Assembly: GCF_964355755.1 (NCBI RefSeq)
Contig: NC_092673.1
Span: forward strand, 32,299,648-32,363,647
Direction of reading: 5' to 3'
Source: Antedon mediterranea
Taxonomy: Eukaryota; Animalia; Echinodermata
Length of the DNA: 64,000 nt
The notes beneath the pieces are model-generated. The model saw nothing but the letters and a program-made list of their open reading frames with translations. It was not told where the DNA came from and did no database searches. The stretch's first letter is position 1. The number at the start of each line of letters is the position of its first letter. Shown here piece after piece: positions 1-12,600 of this stretch. The position numbers were made by a program, and so were the translations under genes.

Positions 1-3000
1 CGAACTACTTACGCGAGCAAAAATACACCTTTGTTTGTGTTGTTCCCAATGTTCAATACGACAGTCACGTGAACAATAGTAGGTATAGCAATGGTGGCAG
101 TTTTTAAAAGATTTCTTTGCTTCTTCGAGATTTGCCGAAGTTCTACATTTACGACAATGCACGACGTGTGTTTTATCGTCCGTTGTTGTGTCTGTTTGCT
201 TCTTGGCGGCATCATTTTGTTTACGTCTGGCAGATGCCATAACAGAAGATGAATCGCTTTCAGATGACGGTAAGAGTGATGATGACGATTGTGCACTTTC
301 GTTGTAAGAAAAATTTGAAGAGTTATTCAAACTTGCCGTGGTTAGACCAAGAAGTCCGTCTATGATATTCTCCATAACGACCGCTTTCTCTTTATCTTCT
401 GAATCCGATCTTCGATCAGATTCGTGGAGACGTTTTTCAAATTCCTCTTCATCAATATTATTATTATGAGAATCATCTAAGCGTGTGTCGGTTATACTTA
501 TTGAAAGTCCGTTCTTTTTACCGTTAGCTAATAAGTTATCGCGCGATCGGTTTATAACCGGAAATCGCGGCGAATTTTTAGATCCAAGACCAGAATCCCG
601 AGGAGAAGTCCTACCTTTCCCGCTTTTTACAAGACTATCTGATTTCTGTTTCAATACGTCATCATAACTCGATGATACATTTCTACTTCCAAGATTTGTC
701 AATGAGTTTAATGGGAAAGCAGATGGTTTGTGTTTCTTTTTGTGTTCTACGTGTGGTGGTGCGCTGTGTGTAATAGACGGTACGTATAGGCTGTCCGATT
801 GAGCTGCTGACTCTTCGTAACTACGGAACGATTCTGAATCTTGCCCGGATGACATATTATCGAGATTTATTGCGCTGTCATTAGTGATATCCGGCGATAA
901 ATTACCCTGATTATCAGACAATTGGTCACTCACCTTTTCCTCACCACATCTTACAATCGATGCGTAATATTCAACATGGTCCGATTCCTTATAAAATTCC
1001 GTTGATTCTGGTGACGTTTCATGGCGCGTACTAGTATCGTCTGCTGTTCCTTCTTTTAAAGTTTGTGGCGTACCATAGACTAGCTTATATGTGTATGGAT
1101 TATGTTTATACTTTACTTCATCAGGGTAAGAATCATCCCTATTGTTATGCACAGAATTGTTTGTTTCTATTTGCTTCTCAATTTCATTGTTATTTTCACG
1201 TCTTGCACCGCCGTTGACACCGGAATATGACCCTCGAATTGGGTTTGAACAATTAGTCTCCTTTTGTTTCGTGTCTTTGTTTTCAACATGTACACTCGTA
1301 ATATAAAATGTAGCAGTACCTTTATTTGACCTCTGCCGCTGAATTTTGAAATTATTCATCGGGATCGGATCCATATTCACGAGATCTGACTCGGACTGTG
1401 GTCTCTCCGTTATTCTGGATTGTTCTAAACGTTCCTGTCCAGCTATATCATCACTATGTCCACTGTTCAATATCGTAGTTTTGTCTTTTTCTCTAGCCAA
1501 ACGATGAATATCGTAGTTACTTTGTGTTTTCAAATACGATGAGGACACAGCCTTGTTACGATATTCGTCGCTGGGACTACTCCGCATCGCTAAATGCTGC
1601 GCAGAATAATAATACTTAGCTTTTCGTTCGTATGACATCCTCGTACTTATTGACTTTGTGCTGCTACAGTCGCTGTCACTTCCAAATGACGAAGACTTTG
1701 GTCGGCTATAAAACGAATTTTGTCCATAAACAGTTCCACTATCCGATCGTAAAACCTTCCCTTCTGCCATATTTTTCATTTTTCGTTTATGCACGTCGGA
1801 TTTTTTATACCATTCAGGTAATTGTAGATTTTTTAAAGAGTCTAGTACTCTTTTCTCGTGTACAGATAACCTTCGACTTTCTTTGGTTTTATCACTGGCG
1901 ACACTTTCGAGTGATCCTGAAATTTCATAGTTGCTAGGCTTCCTATCATTGGGTAAGCGGTCACTAGCTTCGACATTCCTCAAGTTTGTAGATTTTTCCA
2001 AAGGTATATCAACAACTTTTGCAACATCAACAGAGTCTTTCTTCAAAACGGTTAAATCCTCTACATGTTCTAGAGATTTTTGTGGTAGAACGCTTATATC
2101 CTCGTGCAGTGGTTGTTCCGTGATTTTCTCTGACGATACTACATTGGCAGGTTCCTCTACAGTAGGTGATATAGCATCGGCGATACTTTTCGATTTCCTT
2201 CGTAGTAAATGCAACTCGATGATTATAGTTTGTTTGCTTGTTTGCTCAGTACTCGCTTGATCTGGCAAGGCTAATTCATGTTTACACGAATCATCAATAT
2301 ATTCGTTATCTTCGACACAAATAGAAGGGCCGTGTGTTGATAGCGGTTCTGACTCAAAGTCCACTTGTGAATCTATATCAGTTGTACCGACATGTACTTC
2401 AGAAGGATAACATTCTATTTGCCCGCCGGACGAAAAGTCCTGTTGAATAGAACCATTTTCTAAAAGTGACTCAACGCATGCGCTATCTATTGCGTTGTCT
2501 TGTTCAACAACACTCAAATTGTTTGATGTAGTAGATGAAACTGCACCGAAATCCTCCTCTGTTCTAACAGGCAGAGGGCGTATTTTATCCAGTTCTTTGA
2601 TTTCGACAAAAGGAATTTCAAACTGCGGAGGTACTGGATCTGCTGTTTGTGAAATAAACTCTGGTTTATTGTCTATCGGCTTACATTCAGACGATTCTAT
2701 TAGATCATTGTCGTCGTCATAACGTATGCTACCACTTTGTAAATTAAGTTCACTAGACGTTCCATCGTTCTTATATAAGTCTGTTCTTTGTACGCCAAAA
2801 TCCTTTAATTTATTTTGATCAATAATTGCTAATTCATCAAGTGCAACTTCCTTTTCGTTACCATGGGAACGATCACAAACTTCGTGTTCCGTTATAATCT
2901 GTTCAAAACTGTCCTTTTCCTCCGGGATTTGAGATGCCTCAGACAAACAACATCTTTCGTGAATGTTTTGTATCGGTGAGCCAATTAATGCGAAACATTT

Positions 3001-6000
3001 CTTGTAGTCTGCGGCGCGTTCTATTTCAGCATCATTGCTTTCTAGATTTGTTTTCATGACAAACGGTTCGGTTTCATGATCAATTAAATCGGATCCTACA
3101 ACCGGACTAAAGTCTGACGCGTTAGTGATCGGTGGAGAATGACATTCGGTTATCACATTTTTACATTTATAATGTTCTCTACTGATGTCGGTGTCAGGTT
3201 CAGAAAACCCACCGTTATTTGGTGTTTGGTCGTATTTGTTCTCAGAACAGAGTTTGGCTGAAACATCATTCGATTGGTCATCTGTTAAAACAAAAATTAA
3301 AATCAAGATTAAAAATCAGCCTATTTGTTATATTACGGTTTCATGTGTCAGTCGTAATTGTTGTCATTGACTATCATCATCGTCATCATCATAATTATCA
3401 TAACCATCATCATCATCATAACCATCATCATAACCATCATCATCATCATAACCATCATCATCATAACCATCATCATAACCATCATCATCATCATAACCAT
3501 CATCATAACCATCATCATCATCATAACCATCATCATAACCATCATCATCATCATACCATCATCATAACCATCATCATCATCATACCATCATCATCATCAT
3601 AACCATCATTATAACCATCATCATAACCATCATCATCATCATACCATCATCATCATCATCATAACCATCATTATAACCATCATCATAACCATCATCATCA
3701 TCATACCATCATCATCATCATCATCATAACCATCATTATAACCATCATCATAACCATCATCATCATCACCACCATCATCACCATCATCATCCTCATTATC
3801 ATCATCATAACCATCATCATCATCATCGTCATCATCATAACCATCATATAACCATCATTGTCATCGTCATCATCATCATCATCATCATAATCATGAATTT
3901 AATACATGGTATGAACCGACCCTTAAATACTGCAAACCACCTACAGTAGATTACAGTAATTTCGAAAACAATTCCACAATAACGTTACTAATAATAAAAG
4001 ATAAAAAGTACAGTATCTATAGGTCTTAAGCTCTGTCTACACTATCAAACTAGTTGTGATATGCCCAAATATAGTAGTGATATGACATCATCATGTCCAT
4101 ATTTGGGCACATCACATTTTGTTGTCACATAATGTTTGATAGTGTAGACAGAGCTTTCGGTATTGAAAAAACCCGGTATACAGTATATTCATTGTGTTGG
4201 TTTCTGTAACTATTTATGTTAATCATGGTACTTTATGCTAATGGCTTACGACATCGTCACAAATACAACTAATCCTAATTATACATTAACACATTTAGAC
4301 ACAACCCTGATATGCCTAACAGACCTTATGTATTACTAAAGGAATTATAATAAAATATATTAATAACAACATTCGTTTGTGTTCATAAGACATACTAATC
4401 AAATATTAATATTGAGTAGGTGAATGGTAAATGCGGCCGGTTTCTGAGTTTAAAATCGATTTCAGAAACATCTGCCGGTACTCATGCTTAAACAAAAAAC
4501 AACTCAGAACATACGAATTATCTTATTTATTTCTAATGTTATTAGAAAATTATCAACGATATATTCTTCCCGTTGTTTTTTGTTTTTTTGTAGGCCTAAT
4601 GCGATTGGTTATTATAGGATGTATTAAAGCAACAATTGCGACGTTCCCTGATGCGTAGTTTACTACAGAATGCTCTCTTGAGGTTAACTCGAAAAGACAC
4701 GCGAGTATTCCGCGTGTTATAATAAGGTTCGAACAGTGAGCCTGTATTTGCCAAGAATCTGTAGCATTTCAATTACATCAGAATTGTTATCGATTATAGT
4801 TAATTTTATGGTAAATAACCATTCTCGTTGCGAATGAATAACAATCCACTAAAACGAAATGGATTTTAAAAATCAAATGTACTCCGAATAAGAAGAATGT
4901 GATTATTAATGACGTACCTTCACCGACGACGACTCGCCGAACACGTGACAAGCCAAATAGCACAGCAGGCCACATTAAACCAGTCATTTTAAATCCGTTA
5001 TTCTGTAAATCCAAATCGAATACACTGAAGCAATCGCATGCACTTTAAACTATAAAGTAAAGCATTCGGGTACATGTCTTCTACGCATGCTCACATCATT
5101 TTACCAAGCAAGTTCTCATTAATGTAAACAGAGATATCACTATGGTAACGTTTCTCATTAGTACGCGATCTTTTTTTTTCAATGGACGACAACGTTAATT
5201 ATCATAGAAGACCTACTCCATCGAAGAATATATTAATTTTCACCAAAAATTATCATAAACCATTACGATATTACAAAGATGGATGAAATATAAAAATTAC
5301 TATAGATTTTTAAAAAAAACTTGGGAAGGATTTGAATAAATCGTCATACAAAACAATTAAATGTTACGGGGTCCATAATCTTCTTAGCTAGGTACCTATT
5401 TATAGAAACCAATGGAAAAAAAAACCCTGTTTTTTATATTTAAATTTCATTTTTGAAAAATGCTTTAAACATAGAACGCCATATAAAGAATAATACTTCT
5501 TCACCAATATTAATATACTTGTATATAAAACAACCCTTCATCTTTTACATTTTTGTCATAAAGTCGATTTTTTTAAAACCATAAATGCCAAAAAACGATG
5601 ATTTATCAGATGAATGCAATTGGAATTTCACAGACACTAAATTAATTGTTAAGCTTTCGGTAAGATATCCCTATAAAATGTATCGTATATTCGCATTATA
5701 AATTAGTATAGACCGTTCCAGCTATAAATCTACTAAGTGTACTGATAATAGTAGTAGTTGTAGTTGTTATAATATGTATTCATATGTAGCTGAATTGAGG
5801 AGGATAAAACTGGGTTAGATATTCTAAAATGTTGAAGAAACCGTTTGGTGATGGGAGTGTTGGAGAACATTATAAATTGGATATTCCAATCTTAGTCTAC
5901 AACTAAATTTACTGATAATAGTAGTTAGAATAAGCTCGTGATGAATTAAGGTGGAAAAGCAATTAAATATATTTAAACATTATACTGAAGATGGTGAGAG

Positions 6001-8204
6001 AGTTTGGAGGAGAACATAACACATTCATATTACTATATTAGTATAAACCCATATATTATTATGGGCGTTGTTTCGTAAATCAACCTAATGTTTCCTAGTA
6101 CAGTAATCGGTTTTGTGAGTAATATTTTGAGATTAAAAAGTAAAATCGACAAAGGTTTGCATGGCGAACAAACACTAAAGTTTGGTTTCGGTGCACCATG
6201 TGTTTTCAGAAAGGAAATAAAGGATGGTTGACGTTCTCCACCATATTTTACTTCCATTTGAAATATGATGTACCGCTACCGCAAACCTAACTTTGCTATA
6301 CCAGAAAAAAGGATAGTCACTATTGTTAAAGTTTAATATTTATAATTTTGTTATGTTTACTAAACACTGAAATGATATCGATGTGTTCTGGCATATGTTG
6401 TTTTTCACTCTAGAAATCATAACTGAGTATATCATTATTATATGAGATTCCCTGTTGAGTGTGAAGCTGAACTCACCTCAATGATTGTTGGTGTCATAGA
6501 ATATCCGCATTAGAATCCTCCCCCACGCCCCTCTCCTCAAATACGATGCTAAATGAAAATAATTTGAAACAACTGGCATAGTTCGATCTAACATGCCCCA
6601 CCGGTGCTCACACTACAACAGATACCTCACTGATGAGCAAATGTTGAATTAAAAATGAGAATGCATATATTACCTATACTTTGTTGAGCACCACTTGTTG
6701 ATTCAGTTAAAGAATTACAATCATAATCACTTTCTTCTTCTTCTTCCGACACTTCTTCAATTGTTTCTAACCCTCCAGATTCATCAGACTCCTCATCTTC
6801 TTCATATTCTCCTGTCTCATATTCTCCCTCTTCTTCTTCGTCGTCGTCATCATCTTCCTCCTGATTAGTTTCATTTGTTTTATGATCATCTTCATACTTT
6901 TCAAATTCGCAGTTAGTTCTCAATTGATCACCATCAAAGAAAAGTGAATTAGTTACAACTTCTACAGAGACATCATTTAAACAATTCATATCCACATGGT
7001 TTGGAATTACTGAGACAAACGAAGATTCAATTAGTTCGCCTGAAGCATTGCTGTGTTTTAGGTATACTTCTGGTTCATTGTCCACCGGTGCATTGTCAAA
7101 GTCGTCTTTATAGAAGCAAGCGATTTCCTCGGGCGTTGCCATCTTAGCCGTTTCTGTTACTGGTGTTGGTACCAGCGTATTGAGGCCTTCGTTTTCCTCA
7201 GCAACTCCTGTGTCCGCAACAACATGTTGGAGGCCTAAATCTATTGTTATCAGGTGCGACCCATTTAAATCAGTCTGATACCGCTTCACTGTAATATTCT
7301 CATTTATATCATTATCTGAATGTTCAGATACGACGACAAGTGGTACACGTTGTGCAATGGTTGCTTTATGGCTGAAATCAGTCGTAGATATTTTCTTATC
7401 TTCTTGTAGGCCTAACCCATCGGCAGCAACAGTTAATCTGAGCTCATTTGCTAAGTGGTTACCCGTTTTATAATCATTTTCCGAACAACCATTCGTATTT
7501 TCTAATCCATTATAAGCATACCTATGTTCAGCTGTACTACATTTCATCGCCGGTGTATTGATTACAAATGTGTTTTCGTTGTCAACCAATGAGCGTGAAT
7601 TATCGAACGGGACATATTCAGTGAATGAATTCTCTTTGAAAAGATAATCTTCTTCAATCCCATCTTCAATCAAATTAATCCCTAATCGTTTATCTGCGTT
7701 CATACTATTTTCTTCAATCAAATTAATACCTAATCGTTCAAATGCGTTCACACTATTTTCCACAATTTTGCTTTTTGTTTGTGCGTTAGTCTGAGGGCAC
7801 AGATCTATGTACTTATCGTCGTCCACGATTTGTCTGTACTCATTGATAACACCATCGTTATCATTGTTGATTTCAGCACCAATTAGTCTTTCATCGGCTT
7901 TTAACTTATCTGGAATAATTACATTGTTGCAAACAACAACTTCGTCTGCAATAATACGACGCTTATCTTCTGTCTGATCAGCCCCAAAGTCTGGCTTCTT
8001 GTCTTCCGTCATCAGTACCTGTTTATCATCAGACGACTTCAAACGAGATTTACGCGGTTTTGCATTACCCGTTGTAGGCCTACCTACTACTAAGTAACGC
8101 GCAGCATATGCTATACTCACAACAACCACGATAGTTCCAATCACTAAAACGCTTATCGACCATGTGGCATTCACAACACTACCCTGCACACCGACGTCCT
8201 CCAT
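1..8204 (-). CDS. AJM1: Apical junction component 1 (AJM1/C9orf172)-like protein, 3' end outside the window
   Basis: Exon 1 is 8204-6674 (510 codons + 1 nt, donor G|GTAATA). Exon 2 starts at 3281 (ttttaacag|) in matching phase 1 and appears open to position 1: spot checks show no stop, and the ORF track lists no stop-terminated ORF in this frame. Near the edge it reads HCRKC..AKKSFKNCHHCYTYYCSRDCRIEHWEQHKQRCIFARVSS, the MYND-like finger I recognise from AJM1. The N-terminus has a hydrophobic segment followed by acidic low-complexity sequence. Confidence 0.8.
3371..3893. repeat. Compound (CAT)n/(CATAAC) microsatellite in the AJM1-like intron
   Basis: Directly visible trinucleotide array. It produces the spurious poly-His, poly-Ile and poly-Met ORFs. 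Confidence 0.95.
4029..4155. mobile_element. MITE family A (PIF/Harbinger-like)
   Basis: TIR AGCTCTGTCTACACTATCAAAC...GTTTGATAGTGTAGACAGAGCT with left flank TTA. Many copies in the window. Confidence 0.85.
4918..4987 (-). CDS. Candidate alternative first coding exon of the AJM1-like gene (MTGLMWPAVLFGLSRVRRVVVGE)
   Basis: ATG at 4987, 23 codons + 1 nt, then a good donor AAG|GTACGT in phase 1, compatible with the acceptor at 3281. Confidence 0.45.
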
Positions 8205-9216
8205 GACGTGTCAGCCTAATGGCGTCTGAAATACACACTTGAAGAAAAATAAAAACGAATCGATACAACTTTTATAATGTGCATAATTTGTAAAAACGCA
8301 ACCTTGTTGTTTTGCTTCGAGCGCGGTTTTGTTATTCAAAAACAACGTGTAAGTACAAAGTGCACAGGACAGATGACTTGGCTCTGAGCAGCACAGATCA
8401 AAGTACGATTGAATACAATAAGATATTGAAGTTCATATCATTATCTACACCGTACAAACCTTGAGTATAGAAATGTTAATGAGGTATAGACTACCTGTTG
8501 TATCCAATTTGTCATCCACTCACTGCTGCTCGAAAGTAGACGACTTTATTTCTCGGGAGCAGACGACTTTTTTTATTGCTCGGGAGCTGACGACTTTACT
8601 GCTGCGTAAAAACATACGGCAGTTGGCTCTGATTATGTGTTGACTTCTCATAGAAAATCCAAAAGGTTTGAGCACCTTCAGTAGCCCTGGTGTAAGTCTA
8701 TCATATGTTAATCTTGGACACACAAATCGATCAAGACAATTACAAATTCCCGCCATTACGGTCGTGTTTAAAAAAATAAAAATCTGTCCATTTTAAAGCA
8801 ATCGTACTATTGACTTTTCTTGCACATCGTGTGCAAGCACTGTTCTAATTTAACATCGACTGTTTTGTAATTCATTTGCTAATCAAACAGATTATGTAAA
8901 CAAGCAATAAGCAGACAGCTATGAAAGGTAGTTCGATCAATTACGTCAGCTGTCCCCAATCCAATAACTAACATTGTAATGTCTTTATTATTGTGGTTTG
9001 ATAAATATGATATTTTTAATGGATGGAATAAAAGAAATAACTGTAAAGAGGGCGTTTTCCATTATTGATTATTGACAATTTAATTGTGTCGTCAACAATG
9101 GAGGTTGACACCATAAAGCATGCGAGTTAATTTCCGCTATGACAAGAGAAATACTGCGTGCCATGTTAATCAGATGCAGATCCATCGTGTTAATTATCGC
9201 ACTAAAAAATAATTAA

Positions 9217-9282
9217 TTATCATCATCATATCATCATCAGCATCATCATCATCATCATTATCCGCATCATCATCATCATCAG
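9217..9282. repeat. (CAT)n microsatellite
   Basis: Imperfect CAT run in the intergenic region between the divergent genes. Confidence 0.8.
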
Positions 9283-9686
9283 TCATTCATAATTCTTCAT
9301 GTTATCGCACTTAATAAATATTGGTAAAATGTACATCAAAATCATTACCACTAGGACTAGACCAACATTTATTATAGGCTACAAACAATATATTTCATTA
9401 TCGAAATCACTATTATTATTCGTCGTAGCCTATATTTTCGATCCACCACATGGTCTAATAATAATTATCAATCATCGTTGATTCTTAAATTCAGAAAAGG
9501 TCAGATAAAACAAACAGAAAATCAACGTTTTGACCAAATGACGGTTCATACTTTACAATAATATTTTGCCGATTCGGCAGGAAAGGGGAGGGCGTAAACA
9601 ATGAGGTTTCGTAAAATCAGAATATTGGACGAAATAGAATTTATAACCTGGCAACATTACGAACCATTGTGAAAAGAAATGTAAAC

Positions 9687-12600
9687 ATGGCGGCGAACGT
9701 CGAAGACGATGTTCGCATTGAAATTAAAACAAGTAGCGAAAATCTTATTTCTAGCGGTATGATTAGCAACGTAATAATATCAAATACATCTGGAAATCAT
9801 GTTCCTTTTAAACTTATTGAGAGTAGCGATAGAGTATGGATAGGCTTGTTAAAAAACCCGGAAATATTCGGGGACAACAACTACATCCGTGGTTTCGTAA
9901 ATGGGCCTGACGAGCTGGAGTCGATTTTGGAGGCTCACAAACGGGCAACTACATCGTCATTTAGTGTAAGGTACGGCGATAAATATTGTATCATATATCA
10001 AGTATTCGACTGCTATTTCATTAGTTTTGGTGAGAATATTCTAACGATGGGTAAACTAAACTTGAGTCCAATATATCTCGTGGTAGTAGAGGACTTTATG
10101 ATACCTATTTATAGGATTATAACTTTAACACATTAGGCGCAGGAGCCCCGGATAGCGTTACGAAGTCGTTAACTCTGTCAGCCCATGGTCAACCCAACTA
10201 ATGTGTTTTTCCCAAGGACAACTTATCAATAACTAAACTTTGTCACCACCCATAAGTGTGCTGTTCATTTCCTATTGACCAATGAACACCAATGTAACTG
10301 GACCTGAGTTTCTTGCTATTCGACCTTGGGTGCAAATTATACAATTAATTGATGTTAAGGCCACTGACTACTCTTTTCTGTATAGAAACACTGAATTGAC
10401 TGAATAATAAGAAAACCCTACAATAATTTCTACTACTACTTGATATGGTGTTATACAAGAACTATATTAAAAGAATTGAATGTATGGAGAATGAAAAGTT
10501 AAACGTTATAACTTATATGTAAAACATCACTTAGATGATATCTATCAGATATATCATTTTCTAAAAATTGTTTCATTAGTTAGAATAGATAACGGAAAAA
10601 CAATACCAATACTGATCTGGACTCGGAAATTCAAAATGTAGCAGGCAACGTTTCACCATTCCAATGAAAACTTTCAAGACAAACAAAGTATCATAATAAT
10701 CATGATATCCATTTTTATTTAATAGCGATAAATGGATATAAATATTTCGTCTTTTTTGTTATTTTGTGATGGAAAATATATTGAGTGAACATTGGCACTG
10801 AGCTTAAATGTTCCCCGTCCCCTTAATGTCCGCTTTATAGGAGTGTCCCCTCAGTAAGGATTTGCTGTTTTGCCCCTTAATAATAAATTATGATGTCCAT
10901 CTTATCCTCTCAATTTTAATGTGCTACACCCGATAATAGAATACACATCTAGCTCGTGTGTACTTTAAAGAACCTAGTACATCTTTCGAGACGAGTGGGG
11001 GGTTACCCCGGTGTATTATCACAGCCACTGATCACCAACTGGGCCCTATGGGAGACCAGTCTTTGACTGAAGAGGTTACCCAGTATAAATATATATTTCA
11101 ATTCAATTCAATAGAATAACTGTACAGTAGGCTCCCATTTGATGCAATGTGTTACCCAATGTGCTCAATTTGATTGTGCTACCCAAATCCATGCTATCCA
11201 TTTGAAATAATTTGCTATCCATTTGAAAGAATGTGCTACCCGATAATCCGTATAGAATAATGTACAGTACAATTACATATATCCATTTGATTGTGCTACC
11301 TAATGTGCTATCCATTTGAAATAATGTGCTATCCATTTGAAAGAATGTGCTATCCATTTGAAAGAATGTGCTACCCGATAATCCGTATAGAATAATGTAC
11401 AGTACAGTACTATATCCATTTGATTGTGCTACCCAATGTGCTATCCATTTGAAAGAATGTGCTATCCATTTGAAAGAATGTGCTACCCGATAATCCGTAT
11501 AGAATAATGTACAGTACTATATCCATTTGATTGTGCTACCTAATGTGCTATCCATTTGAAATAATGTGCTACCCGATAATCCTTATAGAATAATGTACAG
11601 TACTATATCCATTTGATTGTGCTACCCAATGTGCTATCCATTTGAAATAATGTGCTATCCATTTGAAATTATGTGCTATTTGAAAGAATGTGCTACCCGA
11701 TAATCCGTATAGAATAATTTACAGTACAATTACATCCATTTGATTGTGCTACCTAATGTGCTATCCATTTGAAATAATGTGCTATCCATTTGAAATAATG
11801 TGCTATCCATTTGAAAGAATGTGCTATCCATTTGAAATAATTTGCTATCCATTTGAAAGAATGTGCTACCCGATAATCCGTATAGAATAATGTACAGTAC
11901 TATATCCATTTGACTGTGCTACCTAATGTGCTATCCATTTGAAATATTGTGCTACCCGATAATCCTTATAGAATAATGTACAGTACTATATCTATTTGAT
12001 TGTGCTACCCAATGTGCTATCCATTTGAAATAATGTGCTATCCATTTGAAATAATGTGCTATCCATTTGAAATAATGTGCTATCCATTTGAAAGAATGTG
12101 CTATCCATTTGAAATAGGCCTAATGTGCTATCCATTTGAAAGAATGTGCTACCCGATAATCATAGAATAATGTACAGTACTATATCCATTTGATTGTGCT
12201 ACCTAATGTGCTATCCATTTGAAATAATGTGCTATCCATTTGAAAGAATGTGCTATCCATTTGAAAGAATGTGCTATCCATTTGAAAGAATGTGCTACCC
12301 GATAATCCGTATAGAATGCACAGTACAGTTATATCATAGTTATATCCATTTGATTGAGCTATCTATTGTGCTATCCGTTTGAACTAATGTGCTGTCTGTT
12401 TGAAATAATTCAGGTTTTTTTTTTTAATATGTTTTGCTATCCATTTTAAACGTGCTAAACAAGTTACATATTTGTTGATATAAATTTGCGGTACACCACG
12501 TAGGCCTATATTAGTTCTGAAAAGAACTGTTGAGTTGCTTGACGTTTTTCGATTTAGGCCTACTCCAAAGTCAAAGTCTCCAAAGCTATTCCATCATGCC

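Noticed and set aside
485-2722. Plus-strand ORFs (485, 1632, 1931, 2495) and minus ORF 9-296
   Set aside because: Shadow frames of the long minus-strand AJM1-like exon.
3219-3602. His-rich, Ile-rich and Met-rich ORFs
   Set aside because: Translations of an intronic (CAT)n microsatellite with no splice or start context.
11103-12382. Repetitive ORFs (MDSTFFQ, MCYPFER)
   Set aside because: Translations of the 21-bp minisatellite.
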